This document shows, in pieces, positions 45,968-54,864 of a stretch of DNA of 64,000 nt. Source of the DNA: an uncultured Pseudomonadota bacterium (GTDB lineage Bacteria; Pseudomonadota; Alphaproteobacteria; Rs-D84); assembly GCA_949290785.1 (NCBI GenBank), contig CASETE010000011.1, positions 5,893 through 69,892 on the forward strand, written 5' to 3'. Under the pieces are notes generated by a model. That model searched no databases. It had not been told where the DNA came from and saw nothing but the letters and a program-made list of their open reading frames with translations. Each line of letters starts with the position of its first letter. Positions within the stretch are counted from its first letter, which is position 1. A program made the position numbers and the translations under genes.

Positions 45968-46842
45968 TGTCAAAGTTTGGTTTAGGACGTGGTTTGGCTG
46001 ATTTAAAAGAAGAGATGGGGGGGATTCCTGACATTTCTATTTTAACTGGTGGTGAACGTGTTGTTGTTAAACAAATACCTTTGGTACAGATTGGTGCTAA
46101 TCCGGACCAGCCAAGGAAAACTTTTTCTGACGCTGAATTACAGGAGTTAGCGGCATCAATCAAAGAGAAGGGGGTTTTGCAACCTATTTTATTGCGTGCT
46201 GTAACTGGGCGTCCTTATATGTATGAAATTGTTGCCGGTGAAAGGCGTTTTCGGGCTAGTAAAATAGCGGGCTTAAATGAAATTCCTGCCTTAGTAAAGA
46301 AGATAACAGATGAAAATGCAATGGAAATTGCGTTAATAGAAAACGTTCAACGTGAAAATTTGAATCCGATAGAAGAAGCGGCCGCATATAAGAACCTTAT
46401 GGATAAGTGTGAATATGCTATGTCGGATGTATCTAGGTTAATAGGAAAATCAGAAAGTTATATAAAAAATACGATAAGATTATTGTCCTTGCCGACGGCT
46501 GTTACAGACATGGTAGAGCAGGGAAGTTTATCTCCGTCGCATGCCCGTGCATTGGCTGTGGCAGAAAATCCTGTTCAACTTGCTAACGAGATAGTGGAAA
46601 AAAAGATGTCTGTTGCGGAAACGGAAAAGATGGTGAAAATGTCGGGGCGTTCTGCAAAAAGTCGCGCGTACGTATCCAAGACCATAGATGCAGACACTGT
46701 TCGTGATATTGAAATGCGCATAAAAAATGCCCTGGGCGTCCCGGTTAAATTAAACGAAAAAAGGGGCGGGGCGGGCTGTGTGATTTTGTCTTTTACAACA
46801 AGAACACAGCTGCAAGATTTAGTAGATAAATTGACCAGATAA
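45967..46842 (+). CDS. parB: Chromosome partitioning protein ParB (Spo0J)
   Basis: ParB box GERRFRAS, HTH, C-terminal dimerisation; followed by terminator A7-GCCGGTATTTACCGG-T7. Confidence 0.9.
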   Translation: MSKFGLGRGLADLKEEMGGIPDISILTGGERVVVKQIPLVQIGANPDQPRKTFSDAELQELAASIKEKGVLQPILLRAVTGRPYMYEIVAGERRFRASKIAGLNEIPALVKKITDENAMEIALIENVQRENLNPIEEAAAYKNLMDKCEYAMSDVSRLIGKSESYIKNTIRLLSLPTAVTDMVEQGSLSPSHARALAVAENPVQLANEIVEKKMSVAETEKMVKMSGRSAKSRAYVSKTIDADTVRDIEMRIKNALGVPVKLNEKRGGAGCVILSFTTRTQLQDLVDKLTR

Positions 46843-47029
46843 AAAAAGCCGGTATTTACCGGTTTTTTTATTGAATGATTATATTGATTCGTTTTTTATA
46901 CTTGCACGGCAAAATAAAATACTTTTGTGCGATTGAATTATTTTTATAAAAAGACCGGCAAAAGCCGGAAAATAGAGTGATAAGATTATATGTTTTTTGT
47001 GGAAATTTTGAATATATGAAAAACAAAAA

Positions 47030-47058
47030 AATACCGGCATTTGCCGGCATTTTTTTAT
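47030..47058. terminator. Intrinsic terminator for pal (A8-TACCGGCA-TT-TGCCGGCA-T7); a second minus-strand hairpin (CCGGC-TTTT-GCCGG) at ~46950-46972
   Basis: Hairpins of the shared GCCGG..CCGGC family; ORF-track ORFs 46868-47068 and 46879-47181 lie within this terminator-rich spacer and are considered spurious. Confidence 0.5.
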
Positions 47059-47068
47059 ACACATACAA

Positions 47069-47485
47069 TTATTTAACTGTTGTGGTTGCGTTACGATTCC
47101 ATTTCCAAACTTCTTCGCCTGTCCCTTGAACCAATGGACGTTCTTTACCGTAAGAAATTGTAGAAATACGTTTAGAATCAATACCGTCTTTTACCATTAC
47201 ATCTTTGGCAGCGTTTGCACGGCGTGCGCCTAATGCCAAGTTGTATTCTGTTGAACCGCGTTCGTCGCAGTTACCGGCGATTTGGATATTTGTTTCTGGG
47301 TGATTCTTCATATACAAAGATTGACCCAACAAATTATCGCGTGCTTCATCAGAAATTTCAGATGAGTTAAATGCGAAGAATACGCGTTGATCGTTTAAAT
47401 CAGCTGGTTCAACGATGTTAGAGCCACCGCAAGCGGCCAACATACCCGCAACACCGGCCAATATAGCAAAGTTTTTTATTTTCAT
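47069..47485 (-). CDS. pal: Peptidoglycan-associated lipoprotein Pal (OmpA-family)
   Basis: Lipobox GMLAAC, OmpA-like C-terminal domain (NLALGARRANAAKD...); 138 aa; no tolB adjacent. Confidence 0.8.
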   Translation of the reverse strand: MKIKNFAILAGVAGMLAACGGSNIVEPADLNDQRVFFAFNSSEISDEARDNLLGQSLYMKNHPETNIQIAGNCDERGSTEYNLALGARRANAAKDVMVKDGIDSKRISTISYGKERPLVQGTGEEVWKWNRNATTTVK

Positions 47486-47564
47486 GAAAATACTCCCTTG
47501 AGTTTTTGTTGCTCGTGTTTTAGTCTATAATAAAATGTTTATAAAATCAAGGGAAATCAAAACG

Positions 47565-48335
47565 ATGTATGGTAATGATTTGCGCGATTTGTCTTTATAT
47601 GGCGTGAAGTGGGAATTAAATAATATTCCGATGGTGTTAAGGGCCACAAAGCAACCTTCTGCTGCCAATGAAATGTCTGGCGTTAGTACGTCAGATGGGC
47701 GAACAAAAACTACCGTTGTGCCGCCGATTGAACCGGTGGTCGGCATGTCGGTTGATACGGTGCGTTCTATGGCTGGTCGTCCTTGTGACATGCTTAGTTT
47801 AAACAGAATGATTAGCGAGTTTAATCATCCGCTGCGTGCGGGTGCAACGAATGTTGTTTTGCCCAGCGTGGCAAGCGCGCCAAACGGATTGGTGATTATT
47901 ACCGATATTCCAAGTGGCGAAGACGATATAAGCGGTAAGATTTTATCTGGGGGGGCAGGGGATTTGTTAGATAAGATGTTATCTGCGATTAATATGACGC
48001 GTGAAAATGTGTCTATCGTTCCGCTGGTGTTTTGGCGCACCCCTGGTGGCAGGACGCCATCGCAAAGTGAACTAGATTTAACAAGGCCTTTCGTAGACAA
48101 GGCGTTGGATTTATTAAAACCGCGGGTGATTTTGACGCTTGGGACTTTGGCGGCGAATCAGGTTGCCGGCGTCAATTTGCCAAAGGCACACGGAAGTGTT
48201 AATAAGTTAGAATCTGGTGCCGTTTGCGTGCCTATATTTCATCCGAACTATTTAATGTTAAAGCCAGCCGCAAAGCGCGACGCGTGGACCGCGTTGCAAC
48301 TTGTACAAAATTTGTTGAAAAGTGCTGATGAATAG
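47565..48335 (+). CDS. Uracil-DNA glycosylase superfamily protein, family-4-like with ~100 aa N-terminal extension and no Fe-S cysteines
   Basis: ..PSGEDDISGKILSGGAGDLLDKMLSAI.. ~ GEGPG..ED..G.PFvG.AG.LLd.ML.AI; ..PLVFWRTPGGRTP..E ~ N.v..RPP.NR.P; ..PIFHPNYLMLKP ~ HPS.llR. Start at MYGNDL after AAGGGA. Confidence 0.55.
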   Translation: MYGNDLRDLSLYGVKWELNNIPMVLRATKQPSAANEMSGVSTSDGRTKTTVVPPIEPVVGMSVDTVRSMAGRPCDMLSLNRMISEFNHPLRAGATNVVLPSVASAPNGLVIITDIPSGEDDISGKILSGGAGDLLDKMLSAINMTRENVSIVPLVFWRTPGGRTPSQSELDLTRPFVDKALDLLKPRVILTLGTLAANQVAGVNLPKAHGSVNKLESGAVCVPIFHPNYLMLKPAAKRDAWTALQLVQNLLKSADE

Positions 48336-48372
48336 GTAATAATTTCCGCATAAATATATAAAGGAGCCTACA

Positions 48373-48921
48373 ATTAAACAAACATTTAACCGTGATAATC
48401 GTCGGGACATGGGACCGCGTATAAACAACAAGATATTTGCAAAAACGGTGCAAGTAATAAGTTCTAATGGGCAAAATATGGGCATAATGCCGACTTCGCA
48501 GGCTTTGCAGGCTGCTGCTGACGAAGGACTGGATTTGGTTGAAATAAATGCAAACGGTGCGACGCCCATCGTGAAAATAATGGATTATGGTAAGTTTAAG
48601 TACGAACAGAAAAAGCGTGCCAGCGAAGCCAGAAAAAATCAAAAAACAATAGAAGTAAAAGAAGTTTGGGTAAAACCTTTCATTGAAGAAAACGACTTAA
48701 ACATAAAAATGAAAAAGGTTTTTGAGTTTCTGGGGGAAGGTAATAAAGTAAAAATTTCTGTAATGACTCGTGGGTCTAAAAAAGTGTTGGCGCGTGGTAA
48801 AGATGCTATTCCTGAATTGTTTGCAAAAATATTGGAATTGGTGGGCGATAAAGGTACTTTGGAAACAAAGTCAAAGCCTGATGAACGAACCAAGTCCATT
48901 CTTATTGCGCCGGCAAAGTAA
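48373..48921 (+). CDS. infC: Translation initiation factor IF-3, ATT (AUU) start codon
   Basis: SD AAGGAG (48361-48366) 6 nt before in-frame ATT. The frame then reads IKQTFNRDNRRDMGPRINNKIFAKTVQVIS..; AUU initiation is the conserved autoregulatory feature of infC. Confidence 0.8.
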   Translation: MKQTFNRDNRRDMGPRINNKIFAKTVQVISSNGQNMGIMPTSQALQAAADEGLDLVEINANGATPIVKIMDYGKFKYEQKKRASEARKNQKTIEVKEVWVKPFIEENDLNIKMKKVFEFLGEGNKVKISVMTRGSKKVLARGKDAIPELFAKILELVGDKGTLETKSKPDERTKSILIAPAK

Positions 48922-48924
48922 TAT

Positions 48925-48960
48925 TCCCCGTTTTATACGGGGATTTTTGTGCTTTTTTAT
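48925..48960 (+). terminator. Intrinsic terminator after infC (CCCCGT-TTTA-TACGGGG-ATTTTTGTGCTTTTTT)
   Basis: Hairpin plus T-rich tail immediately after the stop. Confidence 0.5.
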
Positions 48961-49028
48961 TAATATTTAAGTTATTTTATTTGCGTTTCTAGATTTAATT
49001 TTGTATCTTTTCCGTGTATAAATAAGGG

Positions 49029-49235
49029 TTGGTTATGGACGAAAACAAACTATCTTTTGAAGAAGCGTACAAGCAATTAACAGAACTTGTTAAAAAGATG
49101 GAGGCAGGTGAACTGTCTTTATCTGATTCTGTTGTTGCCTATGAACAGGGAATAAAATTAAAGGCTTATTGTGAACAATTGTTAAAAGAGGCAGAATTAA
49201 AAATAGAAACCTTAAAGGTTGGAACGCAAGCATAA
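49029..49235 (+). CDS. xseB: Exodeoxyribonuclease VII small subunit
   Basis: ..LSFEEAYKQLTELVKKMEAGELSLSDSVVAYEQGIKLKAYCEQLL.. canonical XseB helical hairpin; 68 aa. Confidence 0.8.
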   Translation: MVMDENKLSFEEAYKQLTELVKKMEAGELSLSDSVVAYEQGIKLKAYCEQLLKEAELKIETLKVGTQA

Positions 49236-49247
49236 ATGGATTAAGTC

Positions 49248-51779
49248 GTGGCGGATAAAAGTAAATTGACCCCGGTTATGCAACAGTATGTTGATATGAA
49301 GTCTGAAAATCCAGACGCTTTATTGATGTTTAGACTTGGGGATTTTTATGAGGCGTTTTTTCAAGACGCTAAGACAATCAGTGAGAATCTGGGCTTGGTA
49401 TTAACGCAACGCGGTACAGACGGTGACGGTGAAAACATACCAATGTGTGGGATACCTTGGCATGCGGCGGATAATTATTTCGGTCGTTTAGTCAGGGCGG
49501 GTTTTCGGGTTGCGCTGGTAGAGCAGATGGAAACGCCGGCCGAAGCGAAAGCGCGCGGGCACAAATTTATTGAAAGAAAGGTTATTCGTGTTTTGACGCC
49601 TGGTACGCTGACGGACGAAAATTTGTTAACGCCGAAAAACTCTAACTTTTTATTGGCTGTAACAGTACTGGACGGCGGCAAGTTTGATATTGCCGGCTGC
49701 GATATTTCAACGGGTGAATTTTTTATCGGGCAAACGGCGGATGTTTTGGATGACTTGGTCAGAATTAATCCTGCCGAGGTTATTTATCCGGAATCTTTGG
49801 CGGAAAACGAAACGATTTTACATTTACGAGACGTATTTAAAACAACGCCTGTGTATGAAAAGTTGTATCAACGCGCTGATATAGGGCAGATTGTATCAAA
49901 GGTTTTTGGTGGTGCGGTTCGTACGGATAACGAAAATACAAACTGTGAAAATGCGATAAGTTTACTTGCGGGATATTTATTTAATACGCAACGCGGGGCA
50001 TCAATTTCATTTAGGGCGCCTTATGTATACAAGTCTGGCCGTCAGTTGTTAATAGATTCTGCCACGTGGAAAAGTTTAGAGATTGATGCGCCGATTAATG
50101 AAGGTGGAACCTGCTTGATAGATGTCTTGGACAACACGAAAACGGCGGCGGGCGCCAGGAAATTACGTTCTTATTTGCGTACTTTGTCTGGTGACATTGT
50201 TGAAATAAGGTGCAGACAAGAACATATAGGACATTTTTTAATAAATCCAGATGTTATGGCTGCTGTATCTGCTGTGTTATCAAGCGTTCCTGATGTGGGG
50301 CGCAGTTTATCAAGACTGCTTGCTGGGCGCGGCACGCCGCGTGACATGCGTCATATTGCAGATTTTATGATAGAATTACCAAATTCTAAGATGTTGGCGA
50401 CGCGGTTAGACACAAATTTTGCGGGCAGATTCGCCGAAATCAGAACGCATGACGAGTTAGCGTTAGAGTTGAATTCTGCGCTGGCCGATGAATTACCAAC
50501 TTTTTTTCGTGACGGCAATGTCATAAGAACTGGTTTTGATATTTCGTTGGATAACATGCGTGGTCTGGCGCACGGTGCCAAAGAAACGATTGCTGGTATG
50601 CAAGCGGAATATGCCGCGGCAACCGGGGTTCATACGTTGAAAATAAAATATAATAATATATTGGGGTATTTTATAGAGGTGCCCAGTGCCCGTGCAGATG
50701 CTTTGATGAAGCCGGAATCTGGTTTTATACATCGTCAAACAATGTCCGGTAATATGCGCTTTACAACGGCTAAATTGATAGATTTAGATAACGATGTGCG
50801 AAGTGCAGCCGAAAAATCTGCAGCCATAGAAAACGATATAGTTGCTAGGTTGATTCAAAAGATTCGTGATATTTCAGACGATTTACTATCAACGGCGGAA
50901 TTATTAGCGGATTTGGACGTCTGGTATTCTTTGGCTGTTGCGGCAGATAAGTATTCTTGGGTTCGTCCTAATATGACCGAAGATAACGCGTTTGAGGTTA
51001 TCGGCGGACGTCATCCAGTGATAGAGGCTGTATTGCGTGCGCGCGGGGATAATTTTGTAAAGAACGACTGCAACTTAAACGCAAAATCAATTGCTTTGTT
51101 GACGGGTCCAAACATGGCGGGAAAATCAACGTATTTGCGTCAAAACGCGTTGTTGGTAGTGTTGGCGCATATGGGCTCGTTTGTGCCGGCGACGCGTGCC
51201 ACGATTGGTATTTGTGACCAGTTGTTCAGTCGTGTGGGGGCTTCGGATAACTTGGCCGCGGGGCAATCTACTTTTATGGTGGAAATGAGCGAAACCGCAA
51301 ACATTCTTCGTCGTGCAACGAAAGAGTCTTTTATAATTTTTGATGAAATAGGGCGTGGTACCGCGACGTATGATGGTATGGCGATTGCGCAGGCCGTTTT
51401 GGAATATTTGGATGACCTGCAACCTAGGACGCTTTTTGCAACGCATTATCATGAACTGACCGCGCTGGTTGGGTGTGCGAATGGACAATTGCAGAATGTG
51501 TCTTGTTTGACCATAGATGTGCGCGAGCATAATAATGAAATAATATTCATGCATAAAATAGTTGCAGGCGTGGCAAACAGGTCGTATGGTATACATGTGG
51601 CAAAGATGGCGGGAATGCCGGAATCTGTCGTTGCGCGTGCCGAAAGCGTGTTGGCGGATTTAGAAGACCGTAATTCGTCTGTTTGTAAAAACGCTGCAAC
51701 AGAAGAAAAAACGCAAAAACAAAATGTGAACAAAGTTTCACAAACGAACGCGATTACACAACTTAATTTATTTGGCTAA
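49248..51779 (+). CDS. mutS: DNA mismatch repair protein MutS (GTG start)
   Basis: Mismatch-binding GDFYE motif, Walker A GPNMAGKSTYLRQ, HTH C-terminus; 843 aa. Confidence 0.9.
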   Translation: MADKSKLTPVMQQYVDMKSENPDALLMFRLGDFYEAFFQDAKTISENLGLVLTQRGTDGDGENIPMCGIPWHAADNYFGRLVRAGFRVALVEQMETPAEAKARGHKFIERKVIRVLTPGTLTDENLLTPKNSNFLLAVTVLDGGKFDIAGCDISTGEFFIGQTADVLDDLVRINPAEVIYPESLAENETILHLRDVFKTTPVYEKLYQRADIGQIVSKVFGGAVRTDNENTNCENAISLLAGYLFNTQRGASISFRAPYVYKSGRQLLIDSATWKSLEIDAPINEGGTCLIDVLDNTKTAAGARKLRSYLRTLSGDIVEIRCRQEHIGHFLINPDVMAAVSAVLSSVPDVGRSLSRLLAGRGTPRDMRHIADFMIELPNSKMLATRLDTNFAGRFAEIRTHDELALELNSALADELPTFFRDGNVIRTGFDISLDNMRGLAHGAKETIAGMQAEYAAATGVHTLKIKYNNILGYFIEVPSARADALMKPESGFIHRQTMSGNMRFTTAKLIDLDNDVRSAAEKSAAIENDIVARLIQKIRDISDDLLSTAELLADLDVWYSLAVAADKYSWVRPNMTEDNAFEVIGGRHPVIEAVLRARGDNFVKNDCNLNAKSIALLTGPNMAGKSTYLRQNALLVVLAHMGSFVPATRATIGICDQLFSRVGASDNLAAGQSTFMVEMSETANILRRATKESFIIFDEIGRGTATYDGMAIAQAVLEYLDDLQPRTLFATHYHELTALVGCANGQLQNVSCLTIDVREHNNEIIFMHKIVAGVANRSYGIHVAKMAGMPESVVARAESVLADLEDRNSSVCKNAATEEKTQKQNVNKVSQTNAITQLNLFG

Positions 51780-52275
51780 GGTGGGTATGATGAAAGTTGA
51801 AACTGTATATGTGTTTAAAACAGATTTTTATGCACCAAAATATAAAGAATTTGATAACAAACATAAATTAAAAAACTTTTTAGAAGATTTTGATTTTATG
51901 GAATCGCATAAGCCCAGCAATTTTCCAACGGGCTTGCCAGAGTTTACTTTGGGCGTTTGTGTAAAATTAAAAATAAAGGGTGTTTTATATAAATCTGACG
52001 TTAAATGGGGACCTAAATTTCTTGTAGGTCGTTTTGTGCGTCAGGACGATAAAGGAAAACTTTTTGCCAAGGTTCCTATGGATAAGCCAGGGCGCAATTT
52101 ACCTATGATAGAACGCGAATATAAAGAAGTACCTTTTAAAAAGCATAGTGCGGATGCTGTTATAGATTTAGATAGAATGCTGCAGGTATGGCCTGTACGT
52201 AACAAATCTAGAACGGAACTGGCGAAATTTTTTAATCGGGCCGCAAAAGAAAAAAACAAAATAAAAATAAGATAA
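51772..52275 (+). CDS. Hypothetical protein, tandem paralog 1 (167 aa); start more likely at ATG ~51786
   Basis: Shares a conserved skeleton with the next ORF (V..V.VFKTDF...LKNFLEDFDF...YKSDVKW vs V..L.VFHTKL...LRNFIKSFDF...IKSDVTF); no known domain. Confidence 0.4.
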   Translation: MAKVGMMKVETVYVFKTDFYAPKYKEFDNKHKLKNFLEDFDFMESHKPSNFPTGLPEFTLGVCVKLKIKGVLYKSDVKWGPKFLVGRFVRQDDKGKLFAKVPMDKPGRNLPMIEREYKEVPFKKHSADAVIDLDRMLQVWPVRNKSRTELAKFFNRAAKEKNKIKIR

Positions 52276-52293
52276 TAAATAGGAATTGATAAT

Positions 52294-52800
52294 ATGTATG
52301 TGCAACCTTTGATTGTTTTTCATACGAAACTTGGCGACGAAATCCAGCGGGAGTTTTTACGCGGATACGAATTAAGAAATTTTATAAAGTCATTTGATTT
52401 TTCTAAAAATTATGATGCAAGAGGTAGGGCATATACTTACAATAAGTCTTTTGCTTTGTATCCGCCGATTTTCTATCTGGGGCGTTGCTTTTCATTTGCA
52501 GAAAACGGCTATAGAATTAAATCAGATGTTACGTTTCTGCAAAAAATGTGGGCGGGTCGCGGGGTAGAGGCTATGCCCGTGAAAAATACGGACTTTATAG
52601 ATTATGTCATAGAAATACCGTTTGCCAGAAAGAACCATTATGAAAAGTACACGGTAAGACAGCATAAAAACGATGATTTTACCGTTATAAACCCGAAAAC
52701 CTTGCAGCAGGTCTATCCGCCGGTTGCAAAAAAAGACTCTAAGTTAGAGTTGTTTTTATCAAACGTATTGTCAGAAAGGTTGATAGATTTCAGCAGGTAA
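52294..52800 (+). CDS. Hypothetical protein, tandem paralog 2 (168 aa)
   Basis: Distant paralog of 51772-52275; SD AGGAATTGATAAT-ATG. Confidence 0.4.
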   Translation: MYVQPLIVFHTKLGDEIQREFLRGYELRNFIKSFDFSKNYDARGRAYTYNKSFALYPPIFYLGRCFSFAENGYRIKSDVTFLQKMWAGRGVEAMPVKNTDFIDYVIEIPFARKNHYEKYTVRQHKNDDFTVINPKTLQQVYPPVAKKDSKLELFLSNVLSERLIDFSR

Positions 52801-52815
52801 TACAAATAATGGGTT

Positions 52816-53421
52816 TTATAAAATTTTTAATACATTATTTGTAAACTTTTTAATTTGTCCATGATAATCGTGGGATGTATCTATAAAAGGCATTTTATGC
52901 TTTTTAGCATCGTGTTCCAAACGACGACTGCTGTCTATCATAGAATTTACAAATACGCGTAAATCTTCATCGTTTCTGCGATTAGCGGGTGTTTTACCGT
53001 CAAACTTTCTGATGTCTGCAATTTTTTTATCAACATCTGCATTAGGATATCCAATCGCGATAATTTTAAATTTTTTTCTATCAAACATTTTTGCTGCCAT
53101 GGTCGGTGTCAGGTAAGCGTCTTCATAAACGACCGTAGATACGTCTGATTGTTCAGATAAAAAACGGGTGGCAACATTGTGTAAATCGCGTATCAGTCCG
53201 GCCTTGTATGCGCGTGACATGGCAGGAAATACGTGTTTTAATGGTCTGTATATTGCAGTATAAAAGAAATTCTTTTTACGAATCTGTGTCAAACCGCCAA
53301 CCAAAGCATCTGCAGAAATTACAGATACTGGATGTCCGGCCGACTCTATCTTTTGAGCCACAGACTTTGCCAAAGTTGTTTTTCCTGCACGTGGAATGCC
53401 GATAATTACAAGGTTTTTCAA
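52816..53421 (-). CDS. P-loop NTPase / small kinase-like ATP-binding protein (AAA_33/zeta-toxin-like fold), function unknown
   Basis: Walker A GIPRAGKTTLA at the N-terminus; 201 aa; no second recognisable domain. Confidence 0.5.
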   Translation of the reverse strand: MKNLVIIGIPRAGKTTLAKSVAQKIESAGHPVSVISADALVGGLTQIRKKNFFYTAIYRPLKHVFPAMSRAYKAGLIRDLHNVATRFLSEQSDVSTVVYEDAYLTPTMAAKMFDRKKFKIIAIGYPNADVDKKIADIRKFDGKTPANRRNDEDLRVFVNSMIDSSRRLEHDAKKHKMPFIDTSHDYHGQIKKFTNNVLKIL

Positions 53422-53534
53422 TGTTTGTTCCTATGTTTTTGTCTTTTTTTGATACAAAGTAAGTATCGTTTATATGAATTATATACGAATTTTTTCCTGT
53501 ACAAAAGAAAAAAAACCTTTTTAATATCTATATT

Positions 53535-54413
53535 ATGTGCAATGCATCCGGGTTCGTTTTATTAGATAAGCCATCTGGCATCAGCAGTCGTGGTGCCGGT
53601 GCGCGCGTGGCGCGAATGTTTGGGGCAAAAACTTTTGGACATATTGGTACGCTTGACCCGATGGCTTCTGGCGTTTTGCCGATTGCGCTGGACGCGGCCA
53701 CAAAAATGATTCCTTTTATGGAAGATTCTTCTGATGGGAAGAAGCAATATTTATTTTCATTACGTTTTGGGTTTGAAACAGACACTTTGGATACAAGTGG
53801 CACAGAAATCGCAAATACGGGTTTTGTGCCGGATGAAAAACAAGTTTTGTCTGTTTTACCGTCTTTTATTGGGAAAACAGCCCAGGTTCCCCCGATATAT
53901 AGTGCCGTGCACGTTGATGGACGCAGGGCGTATGAGTTGGCTCGTGCCGGTAAAAAAATAGATATTCCTAAACGTATGGTTACAATATATTCGTTGGATT
54001 ATGTTGGAAGAATAGACGATTCTTGGCAGTTTAGGGTGGTGTGTAGCCGCGGAACTTATGTTCGTGCGCTGGCGCGGGATATTGCAGAAAAATGCGGAAC
54101 GTTGGCGACGGTTGATATGATACGCAGAATGCAAACGAATGGTTTTGATATAAAAGATTGTATAAAACTTGATTTTTTGGAAAATCTGTTTAATAATGGT
54201 GCAGATTTCAAGGGATACTTGAAACAAATTGATTTTGGGCTGGGGGACATTCCGGTTCAAAATCTGGATGATAAACAGGCCGATTTTTATAAGCACGGTG
54301 GTTTTATCAAAACAGACGCTGCTGATGGAATGTGGCGCGTATACAACAATAAACATTTTGTTGGTATAGGTGTCGTATCTGATGGGGTCTTGCGTCCAAA
54401 GCGAACAATATAA
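53535..54413 (+). CDS. truB: tRNA pseudouridine(55) synthase
   Basis: LLDKPSGISS and catalytic-Asp motif GHIGTLDPMASG; canonical truB-rpsO-pnp order. Confidence 0.85.
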   Translation: MCNASGFVLLDKPSGISSRGAGARVARMFGAKTFGHIGTLDPMASGVLPIALDAATKMIPFMEDSSDGKKQYLFSLRFGFETDTLDTSGTEIANTGFVPDEKQVLSVLPSFIGKTAQVPPIYSAVHVDGRRAYELARAGKKIDIPKRMVTIYSLDYVGRIDDSWQFRVVCSRGTYVRALARDIAEKCGTLATVDMIRRMQTNGFDIKDCIKLDFLENLFNNGADFKGYLKQIDFGLGDIPVQNLDDKQADFYKHGGFIKTDAADGMWRVYNNKHFVGIGVVSDGVLRPKRTI

Positions 54414-54430
54414 CTAAAAAAGGAAAAGTA

Positions 54431-54703
54431 ATGTCCATAACAAAAGAAAAAAAGACGGAATTAATCCAGGCTTTTAAAACTACAGAAAAAGATAACGGTG
54501 GTTCCGCCGCATCACAAGTTGCTGTTTTAACAGAACGCATTCGTAACTTAACAAAGCACATGAAAGACAATCATAACGACGAACATTCTAAACGTGGTTT
54601 GTTGTTAATGGTTAATCGTCGTAAAAAACTGTTGGCTTACATCAAAAAACGTAACCTGGCAGAATACGAAGCTTTGATTAAGAAATTAGGTTTGCGTAAA
54701 TAA
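54431..54703 (+). CDS. rpsO: 30S ribosomal protein uS15
   Basis: MSITKEKKTELIQAFKT...HSKRGLLLMVNRRKKLLAYIKK..; 90 aa; followed by hairpin CCGGC-CGGTGT-GCCGG-T5. Confidence 0.9.
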   Translation: MSITKEKKTELIQAFKTTEKDNGGSAASQVAVLTERIRNLTKHMKDNHNDEHSKRGLLLMVNRRKKLLAYIKKRNLAEYEALIKKLGLRK

Positions 54704-54764
54704 AATTGTCCGGCCGGTGTGCCGGATTTTTATTTGCAAACAGATAAATATATTTTATAATCTG

Positions 54765-54838
54765 AAATGCGAAGGAGAAATTGTTCTTTCTTGCATTTAT
54801 AAACAGAATGCAAAAACGAATGATTTTTCTTCGCATTT
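54765..54838 (+). promoter_or_regulatory. Structured pnp 5' leader: nested inverted repeats AAATGCGAAG...CTTCGCATTT with inner TGCATT/AATGCA
   Basis: About 74 nt imperfect long hairpin in the rpsO-pnp intergenic region, the position of the RNase III-processed pnp autoregulatory stem in E. coli. Confidence 0.35.
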
Positions 54839-54864
54839 ATTAAGTTAAAAAAATGGAGAAATAA

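Noticed and set aside
46868-47181. ORFs 46868-47068 (-) and 46879-47181 (-)
   Set aside because: They lie in the terminator-rich parB/pal spacer and overlap the pal 3' end, with low-complexity AT-rich translation and no RBS or promoter logic.
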